From: Minisyncoccota bacterium | GTDB lineage: Bacteria; Patescibacteriota; Minisyncoccia; Phycocordibacterales; Phycocordibacteraceae | NCBI GenBank assembly: GCA_041660025.1 | Contig: JBAZXD010000002.1 | Location: forward strand, 4,635-68,634 | Length of the DNA stretch: 64,000 nt | Direction: 5' to 3' | Shown here: positions 46,329 to 54,783 of the stretch, one piece after another | How the letters are laid out: the number at the start of each line of letters is the position of its first letter | Position numbering within the stretch: position 1 is the first letter of the stretch | The notes under the pieces: model-generated | Database searches by the model: none | What the model was told of the DNA's origin: nothing | Seen by the model: the letters and a program-made list of their open reading frames with translations, nothing else | Program-made: the position numbers and the translations under genes

Positions 46329-49300
46329 ATGAATGCTCCTCACTCAGAAAAGTTTATAGGAACAAAGGAAGCATCTGAACTGTCTGGGTACAATCCCGAT
46401 CATCTCTCTCGTCTCTCTCGGTCTGGAGAAATTGACGCGATACGTGTCGGACGTACGTGGTACATTGAACGCGAATCGCTGATAACCTTTTTAAAAAAGC
46501 AGGGTCGACGGGCGAAAGAATTTCCAGGACTGATCTCGGCGAAAGAAGCCTCGAAGAAATATGGCTACAGCGCCGACTACCTCGCCCGCCTCGCCCGCTC
46601 CGGCGAAGTCAGGGGTTCTCAGGTGGGCCGGACCTGGCTCGTAGACCAATCGTCACTCGATTCATTTCTCAAGCTCCAAGAGGAACGTAGAGAAGCGCGC
46701 GCGCGCGAGCTTGCGCGAGCGCGAGAGCGCGAGTACCGCGCTCGCCGCCAGACGCCGATGCATCGCGCGGTTCATCTTGTTCCGCAGGAGCAGGAACCTG
46801 TCGTGCCGGGCACAAACTCGTTCGTCTTTTTTTATAAGACGTCAGCACGGGCGCTCGCTACCGCATTCCTCGTCGTCGTGTTCGGGTCGCTCGTGGCACA
46901 GGCCGGACCGGTCGCCAAGCTCGCGGCGGGGACCACATCGGTCATACACGGCATCGCGGTCGGTTTCGATGCTGCCTTTGGCGATATCCCATCGCGTTTT
47001 GTAGCGCGCCTGGATAATTCTCGCGCAGATATGCACGCACGTTCTGTACAGGGGGCGGCGCGTCTCGCGCACCTCTCGGCGTCGCTTACAGCGCCGGAGC
47101 TTACTCACTTGGATCTTCGAGCCGCGCCGCTTGCACTTACCGTCGAGCCGCGTTCGCTACGGAGTGCGCCGCCCGCGCTCGTTGCTGATGGGAAAGCAAA
47201 TATGCGCCGATGGCGCTCTGATGCTTCCGATGCTCTCGCATTTATCTCATCGCCACCAGAGATTATGGATGCGTTGGCCGGAATTTCTGGCGCCATAATT
47301 CGTGCGGATGTATCGCTCGCATACACCCTCGCCACCGCCGCTCCCGCAAGCGCCCGCGCCACCGTCGCGCTCGTCGGCGGCGCGGGCGCAGTACTCGCAG
47401 ACGCCACAGCCGAGCTCCCGCGACTCGCCTCCGCACTCTTCCTGCGCACAACGTCAGCTCCGGCCCATCTCGCACCCGCCCTCGCCCAGGCGGTCTTCGA
47501 CGCTGAATACACTGCCGCAACACGCTTCGTCGCGTTCACCCGCACAATCTCCGACGCCTCTCTCGCCTCGATCACCAGCGCCGGCGAGCTCGCATATACC
47601 ATCACAAAAGGAACCCAGGACACTCTCCGCACCACAGGAACTCTCCTCGCTACCGCACCCGCAGCGGTCCACAACGCGTATCTCGGCGCACTCGGCACAG
47701 GCGCGCTCGCGCTCGCTGCGGTACAACCCACCCTCACCACCACCGAACAGATCGCCCTCTCCACGTACGAAACCATCCACGACTTCTTCACCTCGGCCGG
47801 CCGCGCGCTCGCCGACCTCCTCACCCCCGCCCCGATCATTGTCCTGGTGAACAACACACCGATCGCTCCGGTCCCCGTCGCCACCTCCACCCCATTGGAT
47901 AGCTCCGCATCCAACGGGGCAAGCCCCGCCGCTCCTCCTGCCTCCTCCCCTAATTCACAATTCGTAATTCCTAATTCAGTTTCGTATCCCACGTACACCA
48001 CCATCGTCCGTGGTGTCTCCGAAGACTTCGTCAACCAGTCCCTCACCTCGCTCCGCACCGAGCTCCTCGCGCGGGTCTCGAGCCTCATCCAGCCCGTCGC
48101 GAGTCAGGTGGCCACCAACGTCACCACCATCCAGCAGGTCAATATGATCCAGGACCTCTCCGACCTCATCGTCCGAAACGGCGACTTCCGGGGCGGTACC
48201 TTCGACAGCGGCGCGCTCACTAACGGCATCAGCGTTGCCGCCACGACCGGCGCCTTCGATACCCTCACTGCCGACGACTTCACCTCCGGCTCTCTCATCG
48301 CCACCGGCGCCCTCACCTCATACCAGAGCGCCACCGCACCACACTTCGTTGCCACCTCCACCACCGCCACCAGCACCTTCGCCGGCGGGCTCACAGTCGG
48401 CACCGACAAGCTCGTCGTCGACTCCACAACCGGGTACATCGGCATCGGCACCACAAGTCCGTACTCGCTCCTCTCCATTGCCGGACAGGTCGTGGGGCAG
48501 AACTTCATGGCGACCGACTCCTCAGCCACCTCCTCCTTCTCCGGGAACTTCTCGGTAGGAGGAAGCACCGGAGCGTACCTCACCGGAAACGGCTCCGGCA
48601 TCACCTTCTCCGGCACAGGCAACCACGACATCACCGCCTCCGCCGGCACGCTGCGCATCGGTTCAAACACCATCATCGGCAACATCCAGGCTCTCGACGA
48701 CACGGTGGACATCGGCACCCCGGCTGTCCGCTTCGACAATATCTATGCGAACGAAGTGAACGCCTCCACCATCGTCGGTACCCTCACCGGCGGCAACCTC
48801 ACCGCCGAGACTTTCAACATCAATTCCGACAACGCCACTGCCGACACCGAGAATGGTTATCTCTCATTCGAACGGGGCAGCATCATCCCAAACGCCCTCC
48901 TCACCTGGAACGCGGCCGAGAGTGCCAAGCGCTTTGAGTTCAACCAGCCCCTCTACATCGAGAGCGCCGACGCCTCCACCACCCTCACCACCCTTGATGT
49001 GAAGGGAGTGACGAGCCAGACCGCCGACCTTATTCGTGTGACTTCCTCAACCGGCGCGAGCCTCTTCAATGTCGGAGCAAATGGGAATGTGGGGGTGGGG
49101 ACGAATAACCCATCCGGCACATTGGATATTTCTTCGTCTGCAAGCACTGTTGTTAATGCGTACCTCGGTACCGTGTCGGCCGGGTATGGCAATGGCGGCG
49201 CTTTGAATTTTAAAGGAGCTGGGACAACAATCGGGACTATTAAAGAAACCTATACAAATAACCCGAGCGGAGACAGAGGACTAATGGAATTCATTGTTCA

Positions 49301-52300
49301 TGATGGTACTTCGGTTAGTACGAAGATGGTTATTTTCGGTAATAACGTCGGCATCGGGACGACGACGCCGTGGGGACAGCTCTCGGTCAACCCGAACGGC
49401 ATCACGGGCCCCGCCTTCGTCGTCGGCTCCTCCACCGCCACGAACTTCATCGTGACGAACGGGGGGAATGTGGGGATCGGGACGGCGAGTCCCGCTGATA
49501 AGTTTTCAAACACATCTTCTAATATTATTGATGAGAACTCGGTAGGAACTACACTAGGAAGCGGAATATCTTGGACAGCTTCTGCAAGCGGGTATCTACA
49601 GGCACTTTCCCAAATATCTTCTGGGGCAAACGCAAACGGTTTGCTTGTAAAAATTTCCGGCGCAGCAAGCACTAATAAAGCATTATCGTTAAATATTAAC
49701 GGTAGCGATTTATTTGTAGTTAATGGTCAAGGCAATGTCGGTATAGGGACAAATGAGCCTAGTTCACCCCTGCAGATACAAAGTCCCAATAGCAAAACAT
49801 TTTTGGATATACGAGGAACCGGATTCAATGCGGCGAATCAATATTCAGATTTAGATTTCACGTCTGATTCCAGTAGTCATGTGTATTCAAAAATAAGGAT
49901 GAATACGGTAACGGCTGCTTATGGAGGTAGTCTGCAGTTTTTTACTAACCCTGGACCGCTAGCCGCAACGGCTTCTTTAGTAAGAATGACAATCGATGAG
50001 ACCGGCAACGTCGGCATCGGGACGACGAGTCCGGCAACAAGTCTCGTCGTGCAGGCGGGTGGAACTGCTAGTGTTGTTAATATTGGGCAACTTTCCGGTT
50101 TTACGAATTTCAGTGGTATTGCATTCACTCAAAACGTCTCGTCCGCCGTCTCAACTTCCAACTACTCCATTTTAGGAGATGGAACGAACACCTATATAAG
50201 TCGTCCGACAGGCGGTTTCTTGTCTTTCCGTGAGAACAACGTGGACCAAATGTTCATCGCAACCGGTGGCAACGTCGGCATCGGGACGGCGAGTCCGGGA
50301 CAAAAGTTGGATGTAAGAGACGGAAAGTTTGCATTAACTGACGCAGACGTTGCCCACGGAATGACATCTTGGGCTACTACCGAAACCTATGGACTTATGG
50401 AAATAGATAGCGCAACAGCCGGAGGGCTAAGGGTCTGGGGATTCGGTGATACGGTGGGTCAGAGAGCATTAGTGAATCTTGGTATTTTAGGCGATGTTGA
50501 CCCAACCGATACTGTAGCAGCTATAACATTGGCGGCAGGTAAAAAGAGCGGGCCAACTGCCCAAGCTCTTAGTGCTCTTGAGACGGTTCTAAAAATTGAG
50601 AATTGGGGCACGGATTTGGTCACGATTTTAGGAAGCGGCAACGTCGGCATCGGAACGACGAGTCCGGCAAGCAAACTTGCAGTATCAGGAGGCGCGTCAA
50701 TCGGCGCCAACTACAACGTCGCCGCGCCAACGAACGGACTCATTGTGGAGGGGAAGGTAGGAATTGGGATGAATGGCGCATCGAGAACCTTGGACATTAC
50801 GGGGAATGTGGGAGCAACGAGAAGCAATACGCTTGTATACGACCCAACCAATTCTGCTACGTTCAACAGCATCATTAGTCTTTCAAGAACTGGCGGTAGT
50901 CTCACTGGGCGCAACGTACTTATTGATTTTGACGATGTTGGTTCAGCGGTTGGTAATTTTGGAATCGTTCAACACAGCACCGGACTGCCATATGCTGATT
51001 TTGTTTGGAATCAATACAATGGGTCTGCGTATGCGGAAACAATGCGGATTGATTACCTCGGCAACGTCGGCATCGGGACGACGACGCCGTACTCAACGCT
51101 TTCTGTTGCGGGTCAAGTTGTCGGTACTGCGTTTGTCCCTTCAGCCGCTACCGTTCCTTCGAATGGAGAATATCTGCCAGCGGCGAATACGCTGGGTTGG
51201 GCGACGAATGGCACTGCACGGATGACGCTCACTGCAGGGGACAACCAAACTGCGGCACTTACCATTACAAATCTCACTTCTGTCGCGTGGCCGGTGGCCA
51301 ATGGCGGCAATGTTAATATCTTCTCCACCAACTCGAGCGCGGATAATTCAGGAGGAACAATCGGACTCGGCGGATGGGATGGTAGCAATAACCGCTCCCA
51401 CGCAGTTATTTTTGGCGGAAAAGAGAATAACATCAGCGGGAATTTTGCCGGATATTTTGCTGTAAGTACTCAACCGAACGGAGAGAATCATACAGAAAGA
51501 TTACGCATTACATCCGCGGGCTCTGTCGGCATCGGGACGACGACGCCATGGGGACAGCTCTCGGTGAACCCGAACGGCATCACCGGCCCCGCCTTTGTCG
51601 TCGGCTCCTCAACCGCCACCAACTTCATCGTGACGAACGGGGGGAATGTCGGCATCGGGACGGGGGTGCCGTTGGCTCAACTTTCTGTCGGTAGCGGAAG
51701 CCTCGTAGACGCTACCGTTCCAGTACAAATAAATTCTGCTTCCGGGGGGCAGGCCTGGTACGGAGTAAACAAAGCCGGTGGTTATGGATTGCTGATGGGC
51801 TTCTATGACGTGCCGGCAGGGAACTTCCAGCGTGGCGGAGTGATTCGCATGGTGACGACCGATCCGCTGACTTTTGCGGTCAACAACACAACGAACGCAA
51901 TGACGATTTTGAGTTCCGGCAACGTCGGCATCGGGACGACGAGTCCGTATACGAAATTCGCGGTAGTGGATGGGACGGGTGAAATGCGCTTCCAGAATGT
52001 CAGCCAGAATAACCTGACTGTTTCCGGAACGAATGCAACAATCATCGCTGATAGCACAGGCGGAAGCTATCCGGGGTTTATGGCAAAAGTAAGTGGAACA
52101 TTAAAGGCGCAATGGTATTCGGACGCAACTAACGCCGTTACCTACACAACCGGCGCACAAATTTTCCAATCAGGGGGCAATACTGAAAAAATGAGAATTG
52201 ATACGAGCGGCAACGTCGGCATCGGGACGACCTCTCCCTACGCCCAGCTCTCCGTCGCCACGCCGAACGGCGCGACAGGAAGCCTCTCCACTCTCTTTGC

Positions 52301-54527
52301 CGTCGCTTCCTCTACCGCCTCGGCGACCACCACGCTCTTCTCTATCTCCAACACAGGCACGGCATCAGCCAACGCCATCATCCCGAACGGCCCGTACACC
52401 ACCAACCTCGCGAGCTACGACCTCGGCGCGACCGGCTCCCGGTGGAATGCTGTCTGGGCAGGCGCACTCAACATCGGCACCTCCACCTTCTCCATCAAGA
52501 GCGACTCCGCAAGCAACCTCGGCTTCTACACCGCCGCCTCCGGCGGCGGCACCCAAGCTCTCACCGTCACCTCCGCCGGCAACATCGGCATCGGGATTAC
52601 AAATCCTTCAGTTTCCCTGGATGTGAACGGCAGTTCTCGTTTTTACGGAATTGCTAATTTTGACGGCGCAACATACGCCGCTCAAGATTTTAAAGCCGCC
52701 GGCGTGCATAAGGCTTATATTGCTACGGCCAATGCAGTTTTCGGCGGAGGTTCTGCAAGCGATCTTGCCGTTGATGCCAGCGCGGGCAACCTTGTCTTGG
52801 GAGTGGGAGACGCTGAGAAGATGCGCATTCAAGTCACCACTGGCAACGTCGGCATCGGGGACGCAAATCCGCCTTCTAAATTAACCGTGAATGGTTCATT
52901 GCGATTTTATAATGTCCCCGGAGGATCGACAGGAGGAACATTCTGTTATGACACCAGCACTGGTGAAGTCGCCGCAAGTAGCGCCGGCACCTGTTCGGGC
53001 TCAGACGAGCGTCTTAAAACCAACATTGCCGACCTCCAAAACTCGGAGGGGCTCGCCGCCATCGCTGCTCTGCGTCCTGTCAGCTTTGTGTGGAAGGATG
53101 CAGCGATGGCCGCAAGCCAAGGGACCCAACTGGGCTTCATCGCCCAAGAGATGCAATCGATTCTTCCCGAGCTAGTGCTTAACGATAGCGGGACGACCAC
53201 CATTACTCTCGTCGATGGTTCTAAGCAACAAATTCCTAATACACTCTCCATTAACTACCAGAAGCTCGTTGTACCACTAGTGAAGGCGGTACAAGAACTT
53301 GATATCCGCACGGGCTTCATCGCGAGCGCCGCAACATCCACCGTTCTGACGGTGGATGTTGCGGGCAACATCGGCATCGGTACGAGTACGCCGAATCATA
53401 CGTTGACGGTCGCAGGCGACATCGGCGCCACCGGCTTCATCAACACCTCCACCCGCTCGGCCAAGACCGACATCAGCTATATCACCGCCTCCTCCTCTGA
53501 CGATATGCTGAACCAGCTCACCAATCTCAAAGTCGCCACCTATCGCTATACGATAGAAGACCAGTCAGATCCGCTCCGCCTCGGCTTCATCGCAGAGGAC
53601 GCCCAGACTATCGCCCCCGAAATCCTCTCTCCCGACGGAAAGGGCGTGGACCTCTACAAGCTCGCCACCTTCAACCTCGCCGCTACCCAGGCGCTCGCCG
53701 CGAAGTTCGACCAGATGGACACCCGTGTCACCTCGCTCGAAGACCGCATCTCTGCTCTCGAGAGCGGGGCAGTGTCCTCGGTAGGTGGTACAACGTCGCT
53801 TGCGAGCGCGATACAGAGCATCAGCAGCGCGCTCAACATTGGGAAGCTCATCTCCGATACCTTCTATGCGGCCCAAGGGTTCATCGACCATCTCACGGCC
53901 GCGAATGCGACTATCGGTTCGGCAACAGTGCCTTCGGGCGTGACATTCTATGACTCCGTGACCAAACAGCCGTACTGCTTCAGTATTGCGAACGGCGCAC
54001 CGACAACGACGCCCGGCATCTGCGCGGAGTCAACCGAGAGTACGAATCCGTTCGCTACCTCGACGCAGATAATAGATAATGGAATATCGATAGGGGATAC
54101 AGGAACGACATCCGCTCCGCTCACGATTACACTTAATGGAGCGACGCCGACGTACGTGCCGGTCGGCGGGACGTATGTCGAGCCTGGAATTGTCGTAGCT
54201 GGCGGTAGCGGGGGGAATATCCCATATCAGGTATATGTGAATGGCTACGTGTCTGATACCACGTCGCCCGCACTCGATACTTCATTGCCGACAACCTACA
54301 TCCTTACCTATCACGCGGCGGATGGGGCGGGGGAGACGGCGACCGCTTACCGATCGGTCATTGTTAAAGATCTCGACAGCACGACACCGCCCTCGACTGA
54401 ACAGACTGCGACCACAAGTTCCATAAGTATAGAGTCGACAACTCCAGTCTCGTCGACCGCCACGACGACCACGGATGCAACGATTCAATCAACCGATACC
54501 GCAACGACCACACAGTCGACCATATAA
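46329..54527 (+). CDS. Giant (2732 aa) membrane-anchored cell-surface fibre protein. Order of modules: two N-terminal HTH_17-like domains, an Arg/Glu-rich helix, a TM anchor, an Ala/Thr-rich stalk, more than 25 GNVGIGTTSP-type beta-helix repeats, two Peptidase_S74-like (tail-fibre intramolecular chaperone) modules, a DUF5011-like Ig domain and a Thr-rich tail.
   Basis: HTH copies KEASELSGYNPDHLSRLSRSGEIDAIRVGRTWYIERESLITFL and KEASKKYGYSADYLARLARSGEVRGSQVGRTWLVDQSSLDSFL. EARARELAREREYRARR helix. TM FVFFYKTSARALATAFLVVVFGSLVA. Many repeats of GNVGIGTTTP / GNIGIGTSTP. S74 signature CSGSDERLKTNIADLQNSEGLAAIAALRPVSFVWKD...GFIAQEMQSILPELV, then a second S74-like module SAKTDISYITASSSDDMLNQLTNLKVATYRYTIED...RLGFIAEDAQTIAPEI. 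Ig-like domain TPTYVPVGGTYVEPGIVVAGG...TYILTYHAADGAGETATAYRSVIVKD. Confidence 0.7.
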   Translation: MNAPHSEKFIGTKEASELSGYNPDHLSRLSRSGEIDAIRVGRTWYIERESLITFLKKQGRRAKEFPGLISAKEASKKYGYSADYLARLARSGEVRGSQVGRTWLVDQSSLDSFLKLQEERREARARELARAREREYRARRQTPMHRAVHLVPQEQEPVVPGTNSFVFFYKTSARALATAFLVVVFGSLVAQAGPVAKLAAGTTSVIHGIAVGFDAAFGDIPSRFVARLDNSRADMHARSVQGAARLAHLSASLTAPELTHLDLRAAPLALTVEPRSLRSAPPALVADGKANMRRWRSDASDALAFISSPPEIMDALAGISGAIIRADVSLAYTLATAAPASARATVALVGGAGAVLADATAELPRLASALFLRTTSAPAHLAPALAQAVFDAEYTAATRFVAFTRTISDASLASITSAGELAYTITKGTQDTLRTTGTLLATAPAAVHNAYLGALGTGALALAAVQPTLTTTEQIALSTYETIHDFFTSAGRALADLLTPAPIIVLVNNTPIAPVPVATSTPLDSSASNGASPAAPPASSPNSQFVIPNSVSYPTYTTIVRGVSEDFVNQSLTSLRTELLARVSSLIQPVASQVATNVTTIQQVNMIQDLSDLIVRNGDFRGGTFDSGALTNGISVAATTGAFDTLTADDFTSGSLIATGALTSYQSATAPHFVATSTTATSTFAGGLTVGTDKLVVDSTTGYIGIGTTSPYSLLSIAGQVVGQNFMATDSSATSSFSGNFSVGGSTGAYLTGNGSGITFSGTGNHDITASAGTLRIGSNTIIGNIQALDDTVDIGTPAVRFDNIYANEVNASTIVGTLTGGNLTAETFNINSDNATADTENGYLSFERGSIIPNALLTWNAAESAKRFEFNQPLYIESADASTTLTTLDVKGVTSQTADLIRVTSSTGASLFNVGANGNVGVGTNNPSGTLDISSSASTVVNAYLGTVSAGYGNGGALNFKGAGTTIGTIKETYTNNPSGDRGLMEFIVHDGTSVSTKMVIFGNNVGIGTTTPWGQLSVNPNGITGPAFVVGSSTATNFIVTNGGNVGIGTASPADKFSNTSSNIIDENSVGTTLGSGISWTASASGYLQALSQISSGANANGLLVKISGAASTNKALSLNINGSDLFVVNGQGNVGIGTNEPSSPLQIQSPNSKTFLDIRGTGFNAANQYSDLDFTSDSSSHVYSKIRMNTVTAAYGGSLQFFTNPGPLAATASLVRMTIDETGNVGIGTTSPATSLVVQAGGTASVVNIGQLSGFTNFSGIAFTQNVSSAVSTSNYSILGDGTNTYISRPTGGFLSFRENNVDQMFIATGGNVGIGTASPGQKLDVRDGKFALTDADVAHGMTSWATTETYGLMEIDSATAGGLRVWGFGDTVGQRALVNLGILGDVDPTDTVAAITLAAGKKSGPTAQALSALETVLKIENWGTDLVTILGSGNVGIGTTSPASKLAVSGGASIGANYNVAAPTNGLIVEGKVGIGMNGASRTLDITGNVGATRSNTLVYDPTNSATFNSIISLSRTGGSLTGRNVLIDFDDVGSAVGNFGIVQHSTGLPYADFVWNQYNGSAYAETMRIDYLGNVGIGTTTPYSTLSVAGQVVGTAFVPSAATVPSNGEYLPAANTLGWATNGTARMTLTAGDNQTAALTITNLTSVAWPVANGGNVNIFSTNSSADNSGGTIGLGGWDGSNNRSHAVIFGGKENNISGNFAGYFAVSTQPNGENHTERLRITSAGSVGIGTTTPWGQLSVNPNGITGPAFVVGSSTATNFIVTNGGNVGIGTGVPLAQLSVGSGSLVDATVPVQINSASGGQAWYGVNKAGGYGLLMGFYDVPAGNFQRGGVIRMVTTDPLTFAVNNTTNAMTILSSGNVGIGTTSPYTKFAVVDGTGEMRFQNVSQNNLTVSGTNATIIADSTGGSYPGFMAKVSGTLKAQWYSDATNAVTYTTGAQIFQSGGNTEKMRIDTSGNVGIGTTSPYAQLSVATPNGATGSLSTLFAVASSTASATTTLFSISNTGTASANAIIPNGPYTTNLASYDLGATGSRWNAVWAGALNIGTSTFSIKSDSASNLGFYTAASGGGTQALTVTSAGNIGIGITNPSVSLDVNGSSRFYGIANFDGATYAAQDFKAAGVHKAYIATANAVFGGGSASDLAVDASAGNLVLGVGDAEKMRIQVTTGNVGIGDANPPSKLTVNGSLRFYNVPGGSTGGTFCYDTSTGEVAASSAGTCSGSDERLKTNIADLQNSEGLAAIAALRPVSFVWKDAAMAASQGTQLGFIAQEMQSILPELVLNDSGTTTITLVDGSKQQIPNTLSINYQKLVVPLVKAVQELDIRTGFIASAATSTVLTVDVAGNIGIGTSTPNHTLTVAGDIGATGFINTSTRSAKTDISYITASSSDDMLNQLTNLKVATYRYTIEDQSDPLRLGFIAEDAQTIAPEILSPDGKGVDLYKLATFNLAATQALAAKFDQMDTRVTSLEDRISALESGAVSSVGGTTSLASAIQSISSALNIGKLISDTFYAAQGFIDHLTAANATIGSATVPSGVTFYDSVTKQPYCFSIANGAPTTTPGICAESTESTNPFATSTQIIDNGISIGDTGTTSAPLTITLNGATPTYVPVGGTYVEPGIVVAGGSGGNIPYQVYVNGYVSDTTSPALDTSLPTTYILTYHAADGAGETATAYRSVIVKDLDSTTPPSTEQTATTSSISIESTTPVSSTATTTTDATIQSTDTATTTQSTI
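47319..47860 (+). repeat. About 540-bp block roughly 95% identical to 55828..56370. It is the stalk-region block shared by the two giant genes.
   Basis: Both copies encode AYTLATAAPASARATVALVGGAGA...LADATAELPRLASALFLR...APALAQAVFDAEYTAATRFVAFTR... Further shared blocks: 47983-48220 vs 56458-56695, 48596-48830 vs 57086-57320, and 53290-53770 vs 62690-63140. Confidence 0.7.
49339..49490 (+). repeat. About 140-bp module encoding GNVGIGTTTPWGQLSVNPNGITGPAFVVGSSTATNFIVTNGGNVGIGT. Five near-identical copies across the two giant genes.
   Basis: Copies at about 49339-49490 and 51521-51670 (gene 1), and 59220-59365, 60149-60290 and 61536-61680 (gene 2). Confidence 0.7.
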
Positions 54528-54783
54528 AATAAACCGCAGTAAATAAGCCAAATCTCGTCTCGCCAAGACGAGCTTATGTAGGGGTCATTTCGACACAAAA
54601 GTGCATAAGCTGTTGATTTCGAGTCGACAATAATCGGCCCATAATCGTGTCGATATTTACCTTGGCTCCACTTAGGATAATCGTGGGTGGGGATAATAAT
54701 TTAGCTCTTATCCACAGGGGTCCAAAAATCCATCTGATTTCGCTGATATATCAAGTAATATATTAGATATTACAGCGATTTTC

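Noticed and set aside
47105-48088. 327-aa minus-strand ORF, and likewise 55662..56918 (418 aa) and 48104..48739
   Set aside because: They are antisense to the giant fibre genes, whose plus-strand frames carry coherent domain architecture. The minus frames are Ala/Arg-rich shadows of the GC-rich, Ala/Thr-rich coding strand.
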